Under the pieces are notes generated by a model. That model made no database searches. It was not told where the DNA came from and saw only the letters and a list, made by a program, of their open reading frames with translations. From Flectonema sp. DT1601 (taxonomy: Eukaryota), in assembly GCA_964019425.1 (NCBI GenBank), contig OZ025792.1, forward strand, positions 682,001-746,000: 64,000 bases of DNA. The letters run 5' to 3'. This document shows, in pieces, positions 46,433-56,911 of the stretch; the first letter of the stretch is position 1, and every line of letters starts with the position of its first letter. Position numbers and translations under genes: made by a program.

Positions 46433-47235
46433 TCAACTGATTCTTGCTGAACACTTTTTTAAGTTCAATCTGGCTGCATAAGGGAAGACTTGGAATATAG
46501 GAGGTGTTATAAAAGTAGCAGGCCATGCAGCTCTAACAGCTGCAGCTGTCATCGTCAAGGAAGCGTCAGTACCCTTTGGTGATTTACAGTACAAAGGCGC
46601 GCTCTTCTCCGAACACCACCTGTAAGCAGTTTGTGTAATTAGTGTTTCATGTAATGTAAAAACGAAAGATGGAAGTACCTGATACTCGGCGTGCCACCCT
46701 CCGATACCACAAAAACTGTGAACCCTCCAACCCACGAACTGCCAGCTAACGATATGACGGCACACTTTTTCGGAACTGTTCTCACGATGTCATCTCCCTA
46801 CTTGTGAAGTGTTACGGAATCTACTAAAACTTGTTCTGACTGAACCTGTTAGTAACAGTGAATTCAAGAACGGTACCTCACAGATCCAAACTCTTCTTTT
46901 AGCTCCCTCCTCGTCATGTATTGTTTTACGAGTAGTGGTACCACACTGTATGCACAGGGTGGTTTTTTTTCAGCAGGTTACTACCGCGTGATCGCCTACT
47001 CCGTAAATGACGCAGCCACTGCTGCAGTCATTTTGTGCTCAAGGCACTGTTTACATCTCACACAGATGAAGGCCTCGTCGTGGGTTTCGTCGCACTCCGA
47101 GAAGACGTACCCGTTTTCAATCGGGTGGACATCTGCTCCGGTTGGCCATTTCGGGATGTTGATCTCACCCCAGCTAACCTTCGTCACATCATAATCGTGA
47201 CGAGATAAGGTTTCAACATTGTTAGTGTGTGCCAT
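46433..47235 (-). pseudogene. Decayed Cys-rich ORF, possibly transposon-derived (CxC/KDZ-like)
   Basis: Manual joining across one frameshift and two TGA stops gives ...CVRCKQCLEHK/NDCSSGCVIYGVGDHAVVTC*KKTTLCIQCGTTTRKTIHDEEGAKRRVWICEVPFLNSLLLTGSVRTSFSRF...WRVHSFCGIGG. Internally deleted copies lie at ~37215-37480 and ~42940-43300. Confidence 0.4.
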
Positions 47236-48353
47236 ATTTTATGTTTGTACGCAACCGGAAACGACCCTATATAAAGTAAGGGTGTTAACGTTACGCTGCC
47301 ACAATTCTCTTTCGCTATGAAAAATAAATTGGATACCGGGAAGGGAAAAAGTTCGAAAAAATTCAAAATACGAAGTCGGGTCACAAATTTTGCAGCATCA
47401 GAGTGAAGCCGCGAGACACTGCTTTTAATCATTTTTCAGCAATATTCTCCCTCGATTCTTATTTATATTTTAATTTATTCTTTTTTTAAATTGTTTTGCA
47501 CTGACCAAGTCGGAAAGGAAACAATTCAGATTAGGAACCGTTATATATCTATTTTCCTCCCTTTTTCCGTTTTGGTCAATGAGACAAAAAATATATATAA
47601 ACTATACTTACCTTTTTATGTTTTTCTTTTTTCTGATCTTTCCTTTTCTTTGATCATCAACAACAACAGCAGTCAAGTATTTGATATTAATTTTGTATTA
47701 ATACCAAAAGTTGTTACTGTTTTTATGTTGTAAAAAGTTTCGCCACCTTTTCCCCTAAATTGTCGATACTAATTGTTATGACTTAAACTGACTGTCATCT
47801 TACCTGATCCTTTTGTTTTCATTTCTTACTGAGTGATATGGCTATGTGCTGCCCAATTTTAGTTGTGCTTTTATAAAGCTTTTCGGCAAGCAGTGCTTTG
47901 GACAACTGGGGGTGAAAGATCCTCAGTACTGTTCGTAGTATGTGGGCATGTGGCACTTATGGTCGTATTATAAAGAGAGATGCTATATATGGAATAAAAA
48001 GGTTTTTTGTTTTTTTCACCCTCCCCACCCACTTCCCACATCGTTTCTCTTTTACTTTATTTATTTGTTTTCAACCTGTTAGCCTCTGGGCAAAGGTGGG
48101 AGCTGGGAGTCGACCTCTTGCAGCCGAAGCTATAAAACTACTATCTTTGCGAGCTACCCGTAGTCAGCAGTTCGATATTTTACTACCTGATTAACTATTT
48201 TAATTTTAGTCCTACGAACTTTTGCATTCGATTGAATTTTCCCGCCCTCTCCCCTTCTTTTGACTGATAACCATTAATACTAACTACTTTAAAATAGTAT
48301 AAGTACTATCGGTAGGAACAATAGCAACCTGTTTAGGATGAATTCACTATAAC

Positions 48354-48423
48354 TTAACTGATGAAGGCCAAAAAAAAAAAGGGGACAAGTAGTATAAGAT
48401 TATGGCCTGAAACTATGTTTTCC
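48354..48423 (+). ncRNA. Degenerate type-I hammerhead ribozyme-like motif
   Basis: CTGATGA(48358-48364)-AGGCCA...TGGCCT-GAAA-CTAT-GTT-TTCC; proximal stem I is weak. Confidence 0.4.
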
Positions 48424-48856
48424 AGGGTGTTATACCAGAACAGCAGAAGAATTTAGTTATTTAGTGTTTTCACTTTCTTATTTTCAAATGCAATTTTTTT
48501 AATAATCTCGTATGCTGACTATACTAATTTTCTGATAATTTGTGATTAAATTTCCCACATCGGCAATAACACGAGAAATAAATTAAAAAACAAACAAATT
48601 TTTGCGTTCACTGATTTGCTCGCGAGGGAACATAAATTGGCCCCTTAATTGTTCCCAACACCATTTCTGTTTATCTCATCATCCTATAGTAGGACTGTTT
48701 TCTAGCTCTCATGTTCCTCTGTTCTTCATCCTGCTATTCGACCTGTTGGAAGAATGCTCCAACACTACTGTGGGAACTGTTATGTTGCAATACTTCTACT
48801 CCAACGTTTGTTATTTAAGATATTCTTCTCTTCAACAGTAATTAACAATCACAACT

Positions 48857-50446
48857 ATGCGTCAATCGTCATTAGCGGTATTGCTGTCTTTGATTGGCAG
48901 CTCACTTGCAGATGAGTGCCCGAAAACTGACTATTGCTCTCCAGGGACAACATTTGTTGGTAAGAAACTGTCCTTTAAAGATAGTATTGGAACTATTTCA
49001 TGTGATAAAGGAGTAGCCTCACCAGAATATATTGATGTCGGATGTGGTGCTATCGATTCCTTTGAAGCCGTGAACCAATTGATTGCTCGTCCTGCCAGTT
49101 TCGAAGGTGCTACACCATTTTCTGCTGCAGTAGTTTGTGAAGCAGATGGCGTCACAGAGTACAGACTTAAAAGTAAATACGAGGTTGCAGACTGCATTCC
49201 ACTCCCTGATAACAAGTCGCAATCCGGATCAGGAAATTTTGGTTCTGCAGACTCCAAGTCCAGTACTGGTTCCGGTAGTTCCCTCTCTGGGTCGGGAAGC
49301 TCTCTCTCAGGTTCTGAAAACCCTCTCTTGGGCTCGAGATTAATCAACTCGCAATCTAGTTCCGGCAATGGCTCAAATTCCAGTTCTGGGTCAGGCAGTT
49401 CCGATTCATCCGACTCCGACTCGAGATCAGGCAGCTCACAATCTGGTTCTGGCAGTGGCTCAAATTCCAGCTACGATTCAGGCAGCTCGCAATCCGGATC
49501 AGGAAATTCTAGTTCTGCAGACTCCGACTCCAGTACTGGTTCCAGTAGTTCCCTCTCTGGGTCGGGAAGCTCTGACGCTCACTCCAGCTTCTCTGGTTCA
49601 GGCAGCTCCCTCTCAGGTTCATCCGACTCCGATTCGAGATCAGGCAACTCGCAATCTGGTTCTGGCTCCCTCTTGAGTTCATCAGACCCTAACTTGAGAT
49701 TAGGCAGCTCACAATCTGGTTCTGGCAGTGGCTCAAATTCCAGTTCTGATTCTGGGTCAGGAAGCTCCCTCTCAGGTTCATCTGACTCCGATTCGAGATT
49801 AGGCAGCTCACAATCTGGTTCTGGGGGTGGCTCAAATTCCAGTTCCGGTTCTGGAAGCTCGCAATCCGGATCAGGAAGTACTGGTTCCGGTAGTTCCCTT
49901 TCTGGGTCGGGAAGCTCTTACTCTGACTCCAGCTTCTCTGGTTCTGGAAGTACTGGCTCTTGGTCAGGTTCTGGTTCAGGAAGCTCCCTCTCAGGTTCAA
50001 CCGACTCTGACTCGAGATCAGGCAGCTCGCAATCTGGTTCTGGCAGCGGCTCATACTCTGGCTCTGGTTCTGGTAGCTTGTCAGGTTCTGGGTCAGGAAG
50101 TTCTCTCTCAGGTTCATCCGACTCCTACTCAGGTTCGAACTCCAGAACTGGATCGTCGGACTCTGGCAGTCAATCTGATTCACACTCGGGGGAATCAAAC
50201 GGAACTAGCAGTCTTGTGTCTGATGCTTCTCCTTCTGATGATTCATTCTTTTCGTCAGGAGCGATGGTCATATTGATAGTCGTTCCAGCTGTGTCAGTGG
50301 CATTGTTTATCTGCGCGGTACTTGTGAAGAAGAACTTCAATTCAAAACCAGTGACTACCAGCGGCGGCAATGAGAAGTTCGAATTGGGCGAGTTGGGGAA
50401 GAATACTTACCAAGACACTGCAGCGGGTGTTGTTAAGCAGTTGTGA
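48857..50446 (+). CDS. Surface protein copy 9, short-stalk subfamily (529 aa)
   Basis: Same N-domain, irregular stalk, TM AMVILIVVPAVSVALFICAVLV. Confidence 0.9.
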   Translation: MRQSSLAVLLSLIGSSLADECPKTDYCSPGTTFVGKKLSFKDSIGTISCDKGVASPEYIDVGCGAIDSFEAVNQLIARPASFEGATPFSAAVVCEADGVTEYRLKSKYEVADCIPLPDNKSQSGSGNFGSADSKSSTGSGSSLSGSGSSLSGSENPLLGSRLINSQSSSGNGSNSSSGSGSSDSSDSDSRSGSSQSGSGSGSNSSYDSGSSQSGSGNSSSADSDSSTGSSSSLSGSGSSDAHSSFSGSGSSLSGSSDSDSRSGNSQSGSGSLLSSSDPNLRLGSSQSGSGSGSNSSSDSGSGSSLSGSSDSDSRLGSSQSGSGGGSNSSSGSGSSQSGSGSTGSGSSLSGSGSSYSDSSFSGSGSTGSWSGSGSGSSLSGSTDSDSRSGSSQSGSGSGSYSGSGSGSLSGSGSGSSLSGSSDSYSGSNSRTGSSDSGSQSDSHSGESNGTSSLVSDASPSDDSFFSSGAMVILIVVPAVSVALFICAVLVKKNFNSKPVTTSGGNEKFELGELGKNTYQDTAAGVVKQL

Positions 50447-51282
50447 GTTGTTCCTCCGCATTATTGTTTGTGATACTTTTCAAACTCTGCTTGCAGCAGA
50501 TGTGCTAACTTCCTCCTTTTAAGAATTAGGTTCTCTCTCTTGTTTTATCTTATCGTAGTTTTCTTAAAATCCCTCACACATTAGCTGTGTTGCAGTATGT
50601 AGTTTTACTTTCTCGGATTCACATTGACCCAATGATATCAAGTGAATACGTGCATACTGATCATTTCCTCAACATTGAAAGGTGCAATTGAGTTGCACAG
50701 GCTTACAAACAGATAAAGTAAGCATTCGATGGTTGTGTGGTTTGATGATTTCTTCCTCCATTCGATTTTATCGATACCAACTGTTAATTTTTTTCATGGC
50801 AACAAGGTTTGACTGAACTCTATAGGTCCAGTACAGTTATGACCATAAACTAACTGTCATCTTACCTGATCCTTTTGGTTTTCATTTCTTACTGAGTGAT
50901 ATGGCTATGTGCTGCCCAATTTTTGTAGTGCTTTTATAAAACTTTAGTAAGCTCACGGTACAATTATGATGTTTAGGGTGAAAGATCCTCAGTACTGTTC
51001 GTGGTATGTGGGCATGTGGCACGTATGGTCGTATTATAAAGAGAGATACTATATATGGAATAAAAAAGATTTTTTATTAGTATTCGCCTTTCCCACCCAC
51101 TTCCATGTCGTTTCTCGTTTTTTTCTTTTTTTTATTTGTTTTCAACCTGTTAGCCTCTGGGCAAGGTTTGCAGCCGAAGCTATAAAACTACAATCTTCGC
51201 GATTGGGTCCTTACTGATGTCGGGCTACCCAGACCGCTCGTTGTCATCAGTTCTACCTAGCTAACTATTTTTAATGCAGGTC

Positions 51283-51346
51283 GGAACTGATGAAGGCCTA
51301 AAAAGGGACAAGTAGTATAAGATTAAGGCCTGAAACTACATATTCT
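51283..51346 (+). ncRNA. Type-I hammerhead ribozyme-like motif (best stem I)
   Basis: GGAA-CTGATGA-AGGCCT...AGGCCT-GAAA-CTACA-TA-TTCT. Stem I is GGAA/TTCT, stem II has 6 bp, and the minimal stem III has a C-A mismatch. Confidence 0.5.
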
Positions 51347-51356
51347 ATTACCCTTT

Positions 51357-51870
51357 GATGTTAGGAAACTGCAGAAATGAATACTTTTCTTTTATTGATC
51401 TCTACTTTTCTTATTCTCACTTTTCTGTTCTAAAATTAATGATACTAACTATTTTTAATGCAGGTCGGAAGAAATATTTTTTAATTTTAGCCCGAAACCC
51501 AACTATTATTTGTTTGTTGTCCTACGAATTTTTGATTTCGTTTTCTTTTCTTTTTTTGATTACTAGTACTGATTATTCTAAAAACAGAATTTAATGCTTT
51601 TCTGTTACTCATCTCTTCTCACTTTTCTATACTAAATTAATATTAATAACTAACTACTTTAAAACTGCAGAAATGAATACTTTTCTTTTACTAATCTCTA
51701 CTTTTCTTATTCTTACTTTTCTGTTCTAAAATTAATGATACTAACTACTTTAAAGTAGTATAGGTACTATCTTGATGTTAGGAACCTGCAGAAATGAATA
51801 CTTTTCTTTTACTAATCTCTACTTTTCTTATTCTCACTTTTCTGTTCTAAAATTAATGATACTAACTACT
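51357..51870. repeat. Imperfect local repeats of a ~90-110-bp AT-rich unit (CTGCAGAAATGAATACTTTTCTTTTA...GATACTAACTA)
   Basis: Copies begin near 51357, 51662 and 51774, with a degenerate one between. Confidence 0.75.
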
Positions 51871-52024
51871 TTAATTTTAGTCCTACGAACTTTTGCATTC
51901 GATTGAATTTTCCCGCCCTCTCCCCTTCTTTTGACTGATAACCATTAATACTAACTACTTTAAAATAGTATAAGTACTATCGGTAGGAACAATAGCAACC
52001 TGTTTAGGATGAATTCACTATAAC

Positions 52025-52091
52025 TTAACTGATGAAGGCCAAAAAAAAGGGGACAAGTAGTATAAGATTATGGCCTGAAACTACGTTTTCC
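52025..52091 (+). ncRNA. Degenerate type-I hammerhead ribozyme-like motif
   Basis: CTGATGA(52029-52035)-AGGCCA...TGGCCT-GAAA(52077-52080)-CTAC-GTT-TTCC. Confidence 0.4.
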
Positions 52092-53114
52092 AGGGTGTTA
52101 TACCAGAACAGCAGAACGATTTATTTATTTAGTGTTTTCACTATCTTATTTTTTTTCAAATGCAATTTTTTTTAATAATCTCATATGCTGACTAGTTGTA
52201 TTTATACCAAAGGGCTGTTATTGTTTTTTATGTTGTCAATGAATCACTCTACGATGCCAATTGTTGGTTGTGTTACATTGCAGCTGGCTATGCCGTTATC
52301 AGGTTGACTCCCCATTTTTTAACTTCAAAAGGGAAAAAAAAAAAAAAAAAAAACGAGTCATCCTTTTCCTCTTTCTTCCTTTATTGGAATGCCTGGAACA
52401 TGAACAAGAAGAAGACTTCCCTTTGCTGTAAAGGCTTATCCCAATCTTGTTTCCTATTTTCGGAGAATTTTTCTATAAATTCCGAAAAGAGCGTGTATTG
52501 TAATTTTTATTTTTTTTGAATTTAATAGTCTTCTGTGAGTTGATAACCAAAGAAACAAAGATGAGAAACAGTCCGTCTTTTCTTTGGTTCATAATACTTT
52601 CGATTAGCTTCCCTGAATTAGTTTCTATTTCATAAAACGTTTATATACTTTTGTTGGATCTCACGACATGTTCTGGCTTTTCATTTGCGTCTCGTTGGGT
52701 TTTGGAGACTATTTGATGAGCTGCATAAAACTTTGAAATAAAAAAGAAATTATCGAGGACTCTATTCATTTGATTTATATATTTGTGAACACATGTAGCG
52801 CCCTGAAAAATATGATCCCGATGCGAGCTCTTTATTCTTACGGGATGAGGAAAGTAGAGCAATGCGTCTATCAAAGTTACTTCTTGTTACGCATAATGAA
52901 CCTGTATTTTTTTCAATTTCAGCCGTTTTTTTGAAAGAGCCCGCAAGTATGCGCTACAACTTCTCCCACATTCTTATTTTTATTTTAATTCTTAATTGTT
53001 TTGCACCGACCAAGTCGGAAAAGAAACAAATTCAGAATAGGAACAGTTTATATTAACTAATTGCTGAAAAATGTTTAAATTTTGCCTGCGGATTTGAATT
53101 ACAAAAAGAAATCG

Positions 53115-53327
53115 ATTTGACTCAACACGGGGAACTTACCAGGTCAGGGCAATTGAGAGGATTGGCAGATTGAGAGCTTTTCGATCTGTGTGGTTGTGCA
53201 TGTCCGCTTGGTGATTTGTGATCACACCACGAAGGGGTGCTCGTCGCTTAGGTCTTAGGCGTTCTACGTCCTTTTTCCAAGACAGTGCCGCCCTTCTTAA
53301 GGGGACTGTGTGCGCCTTCAGCACGCG
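53115..53327 (+). pseudogene. Degenerate 18S rRNA fragment (3' major domain, toward V7)
   Basis: ATTTGACTCAACACGGGGAACTTACCAGGTC, GAGGATTGGCAGATTGAGAGC, GTGGTTGTGCATGTCCGC and CTTCTTAAGGGGACT match conserved SSU blocks, with substitutions and deletions. Confidence 0.85.
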
Positions 53328-54009
53328 TAATTGGATTGAAAAAAATATTAACTACCATGTAACCAAAAAAAAGAATTTTTGTTTGTGCACGAAACCGTGA
53401 ACCGACTTAAACTGATAAAGCTAAAGGAGGTTTACGTGTGCTGCCAACATTCTTTTTCGTTTTTACAATACTTGTTAAATGCAAAAAAAAAAAAAAAAAA
53501 TAACACACCATAATACGAGCAATGCGTCTATCAAAGTGACACGTTTTAGTGGGCTTAGTAAGCCCACATTTCTTACAATTTTCAGCCGTTTTTTTAAAGA
53601 GCCAAAATATAGGTTTCTTTGTAAGTCTTCTCCGATTAGTATATTCGTTTCATACGTCCATATACTCTCTCCCGCATTCTTTATTTTTATTTTTATTCTA
53701 TTCTTAATTGTTTTGCACTGACTAAGTCAGAAAAGAATCAATTCAGGTTAGGAACCGTTATATATCTATTTTCCCACCTTTTCCCCGAATTGTCAATATT
53801 AATTTTTTTTTGATAATTTGTAATCACATCTCCCACATCGGTAATAACACGAGATATTCATTTCTTGATCCGCAAGCTGGGATGCAAAAAAAAAAGCAAC
53901 GCCGTCTTTGTTCCCAACATAATTTGTGTTTATCTCATTATCCGATGTGGGTGAGGACAGTAGGACTGTTTTCTAGCTCTCATGTTCCTCTGTTCTTCAT
54001 CCTGCTATT

Positions 54010-54056
54010 CGACCTGCTGGAAGAATGCTCCAACACTACTGTGGGAACTGTTATGT
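54010..54056 (+). repeat. 47-bp direct repeat, right boundary of the array
   Basis: Matches 6246-6292 (one mismatch). Homology to the array 5' module stops abruptly at 54056. Confidence 0.85.
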
Positions 54057-54191
54057 AGTCGACGAGAGGGATAAATTTATTATTTATACAGTTAGCTGAT
54101 ATCATTATATACGAACAGTCAGGAGTAGAAGTATTTCATTAAAGTATATTTATATTTATAATCCCCTACTAGATTATCACAGAGATACGAC

Positions 54192-56235
54192 ATGAAAAGA
54201 AAACAACAAAATGGAGGCGATGATCCGGAAAGAGCCGCCCGACGAGCAAAAGGAATCGAACTTCGAAAAACTGCTGCGCAACTTCCGGTAGCAGAAGCTC
54301 AAGACGGTGTAATTGAATTAATTAAAAATAATCAAGTCGTTGTTCTTATTGGTGAGACTGGATCGGGGAAGACTACACAAGTTCCTCAATTCCTTCTCAG
54401 AAGACTTGGTGACTCAGCTAAAACTATAGCAGTAACACAACCAAGAAGAATAGCAGCAGTTACTATTGCAAGACGTGTATCAGAAGAGATGGGTTGTAAG
54501 TTGGGAGGTCTTGTTGGATATGCTGTTCGATTTGATGACACCTCATCTCCCCAAACTCGTATTAAATATATGACAGACGGTATCCTCATGCGTGAATTAC
54601 TTTCTTCAAAAGATCTATCTCGCTATGGTGTTGTTATACTTGATGAAGCTCACGAGAGAACAGTCAACAACGACATTCTCATTGGTCTCATAAAAGAGAT
54701 AACGACCAGGAGATCTGATCTGCGTATTGTTGTCATGTCTGCGACTCTAAACGCTGAAATCTTTTCAAAGTATTGGGGCAACTGTCCTATTGGATATATA
54801 GAAGGCAGAACCTATCCAGTTGACGTGTTTTATACTGCAGAACCCTGTCAGGATATCATTGATTCGGCTGTCATTACTATTTTACAGATTCATGTCGATC
54901 ACCCAAACGAGGATGGTGACATTTTAGTTTTCTTAACTGGACAAGACACAATTGAAGACGCTACCAGGATCCTTCAAGAAAAAATAAAACTAATTCCAAA
55001 AGGAGATAGGGAACTGTTACCGATTCCATTGTATGCGAACTTGACATTTGAAAAGCAAGGCAGAGCTTTTGTACCTCCTCCGGTTAATTGTCGTAAAGTA
55101 ATATTAGCAACAAACGTTGCGGAGACTAGTTTAACAATCCCAAATATAAAATTTGTTGTTGACTGCGGACTTGTGAAAGAAAAAAGATACAATCCCGTCA
55201 CTGGAATGGAATCACTAACAGAAGTTCAAGTATCTCAAGCTCAAGCAAAACAACGTTCAGGTAGAGCTGGTCGGGTTCAATCTGGAGAGTGTTATCGAAT
55301 GTTTACAGAACACGCTTATTTATCATTAAATCAGGTAACAGAACCAGAGATTAAACGTGTAAACTTATCATCAGTTATACTTCAATTAAAGATGCTTGGA
55401 GTCGATGATATAATGTCCTTCAGTTTTATAGAACCTCCGAAAGAACAAAATCTAGTAGCAGCCTTACACCTTCTGTACTTACTGGGAGCACTTGATACCA
55501 AAGGTTGTGTTACTGATGTTGGAAAGAAGATAGCAAAGCTACCGATAGATCCAACACATGCGAGGACACTCATTGCTGCGGAGGAGTTTGGTGTCTTCGA
55601 TTCAGTAGTTTCGATTATCGCAATGTTGTCAACAGAAAATGTATTGAGTTCTCCTAACAAATATCAACGCGATCAAGTAGATGCAAACCGTCAGGCGTTT
55701 CATTCTCCTCACGGAGATCATTTAACCATGTTAAATATTTTCAACGAGTTTAAAAAACAGAGTAAAAAAGACGTTTTTGATTGGTGTCGACAGCTGCTTG
55801 TTAACTACAGAAAAATGGCCTCCGTGTTGGATATTAGAAAGCAACTTCGACAGTTTTCGGGATACACAGCAGCTGATAAAGAACAGGAAATAGCTGACAG
55901 CACGAGTATGATTCGAAAAGCTTTCTGTCATGGATTCTTTCTAAACGTCGCGCAGTATGATTTTGATAAAAAGATTTACCACACAGCTGAGACTAAACAA
56001 GAAGTCTCTATCCATCCTAGTTCATGTCTGTTCCGATCTCGTCAGAGGCCGCCTCTCGTTCTCTACGATGAGGTGCTTTTTACAAAAAAGAGATTCATGA
56101 GAAGTATAATATCAGGTATGTGATAACTATCTCTTAGTACTCTGTGATGTTATTTTCATTAAATCAACAAACTCAATCACAGTTGACGAGCAGTGGCTTA
56201 TCGATGCTGCACCTGGTAGATGGAGAAGAAAGTAA
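54192..56235 (+). CDS. DEAH-box RNA helicase (DHX33/Dhr2- or Prp22/Prp43-like); predicted intron 56116-56182
   Basis: Motifs GETGSGKTT, TQPRRIAA, TDG, DEAHER, MSAT, FLTGQ, TNVAETSLT and QRSGRAGR, plus HA2 and OB-fold (IHPSS) regions. The spliced end ISVDEQWLIDAAP matches the family C-terminus; stop TAA at 56233-56235. Confidence 0.93.
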
Positions 56236-56470
56236 CATTTTCTCAGATGATGGAGGGATGATTTTTTTTTTTTTAAATTTTTAATTTTTGTTTACGATTT
56301 ATCAATTTATTTTTTTTAGTTTGCGTTTTTTTTACATCCGACCAAAATCGTTTTTTTTTTAAAATTTTTTTTTAAAATTTTTTTTTTTTTTTTTAAAAAA
56401 TAAATTTTGTCGTTAAACTTTTGTTTGTTTCACTACTATTTCTAAACAGCCACCCCCACCACCTGATTCT

Positions 56471-56911
56471 ATGGCTTACTACTGGAATGCCTGTAGAGTG
56501 AACACGGGAAGTAATGAAGGCATCCACGCTCTTACTGAAGAAGAGCTTGATAAGATGCTTCTTGAGGACGTCTCCATTCAGCTCCCTGAATTGTGCAATC
56601 ACAATTCCTGGGACAATTTAAGAACAAAGAAAGATATTGTCGCTCTCAGATGCCGAGAGTGTTCTCTTCAGTGGAAGGCTCCAAAAGATTATATTGACTC
56701 TAGAAAATGCGAACCATATTGGGAAGGAAAGTGTGAAGATCTCCATTGTCAGTTGCTTCACATTCACAAATTTAAGTTGTCTTTGAAAATGAGAAACAAG
56801 AAATTGAAAGAACAGGAGTTGGTTCAGCAGCGTGTTCAACAAGAACAGCAACTTACCATCGTAACTAATATGGATTCATCACCAATGCCACCTCAATTAA
56901 CTTCCAACTGA
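56471..56911 (+). CDS. Small zinc-binding protein (C-x-H...C-x2-C ribbon followed by CCCH-like finger and Gln-rich tail)
   Basis: CNHNSWDNLRTKKDIVALRCREC and CEPYWEGKCEDLHCQLLH. Preceded by poly-T and ACAG (acceptor-like). Confidence 0.75.
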   Translation: MAYYWNACRVNTGSNEGIHALTEEELDKMLLEDVSIQLPELCNHNSWDNLRTKKDIVALRCRECSLQWKAPKDYIDSRKCEPYWEGKCEDLHCQLLHIHKFKLSLKMRNKKLKEQELVQQRVQQEQQLTIVTNMDSSPMPPQLTSN

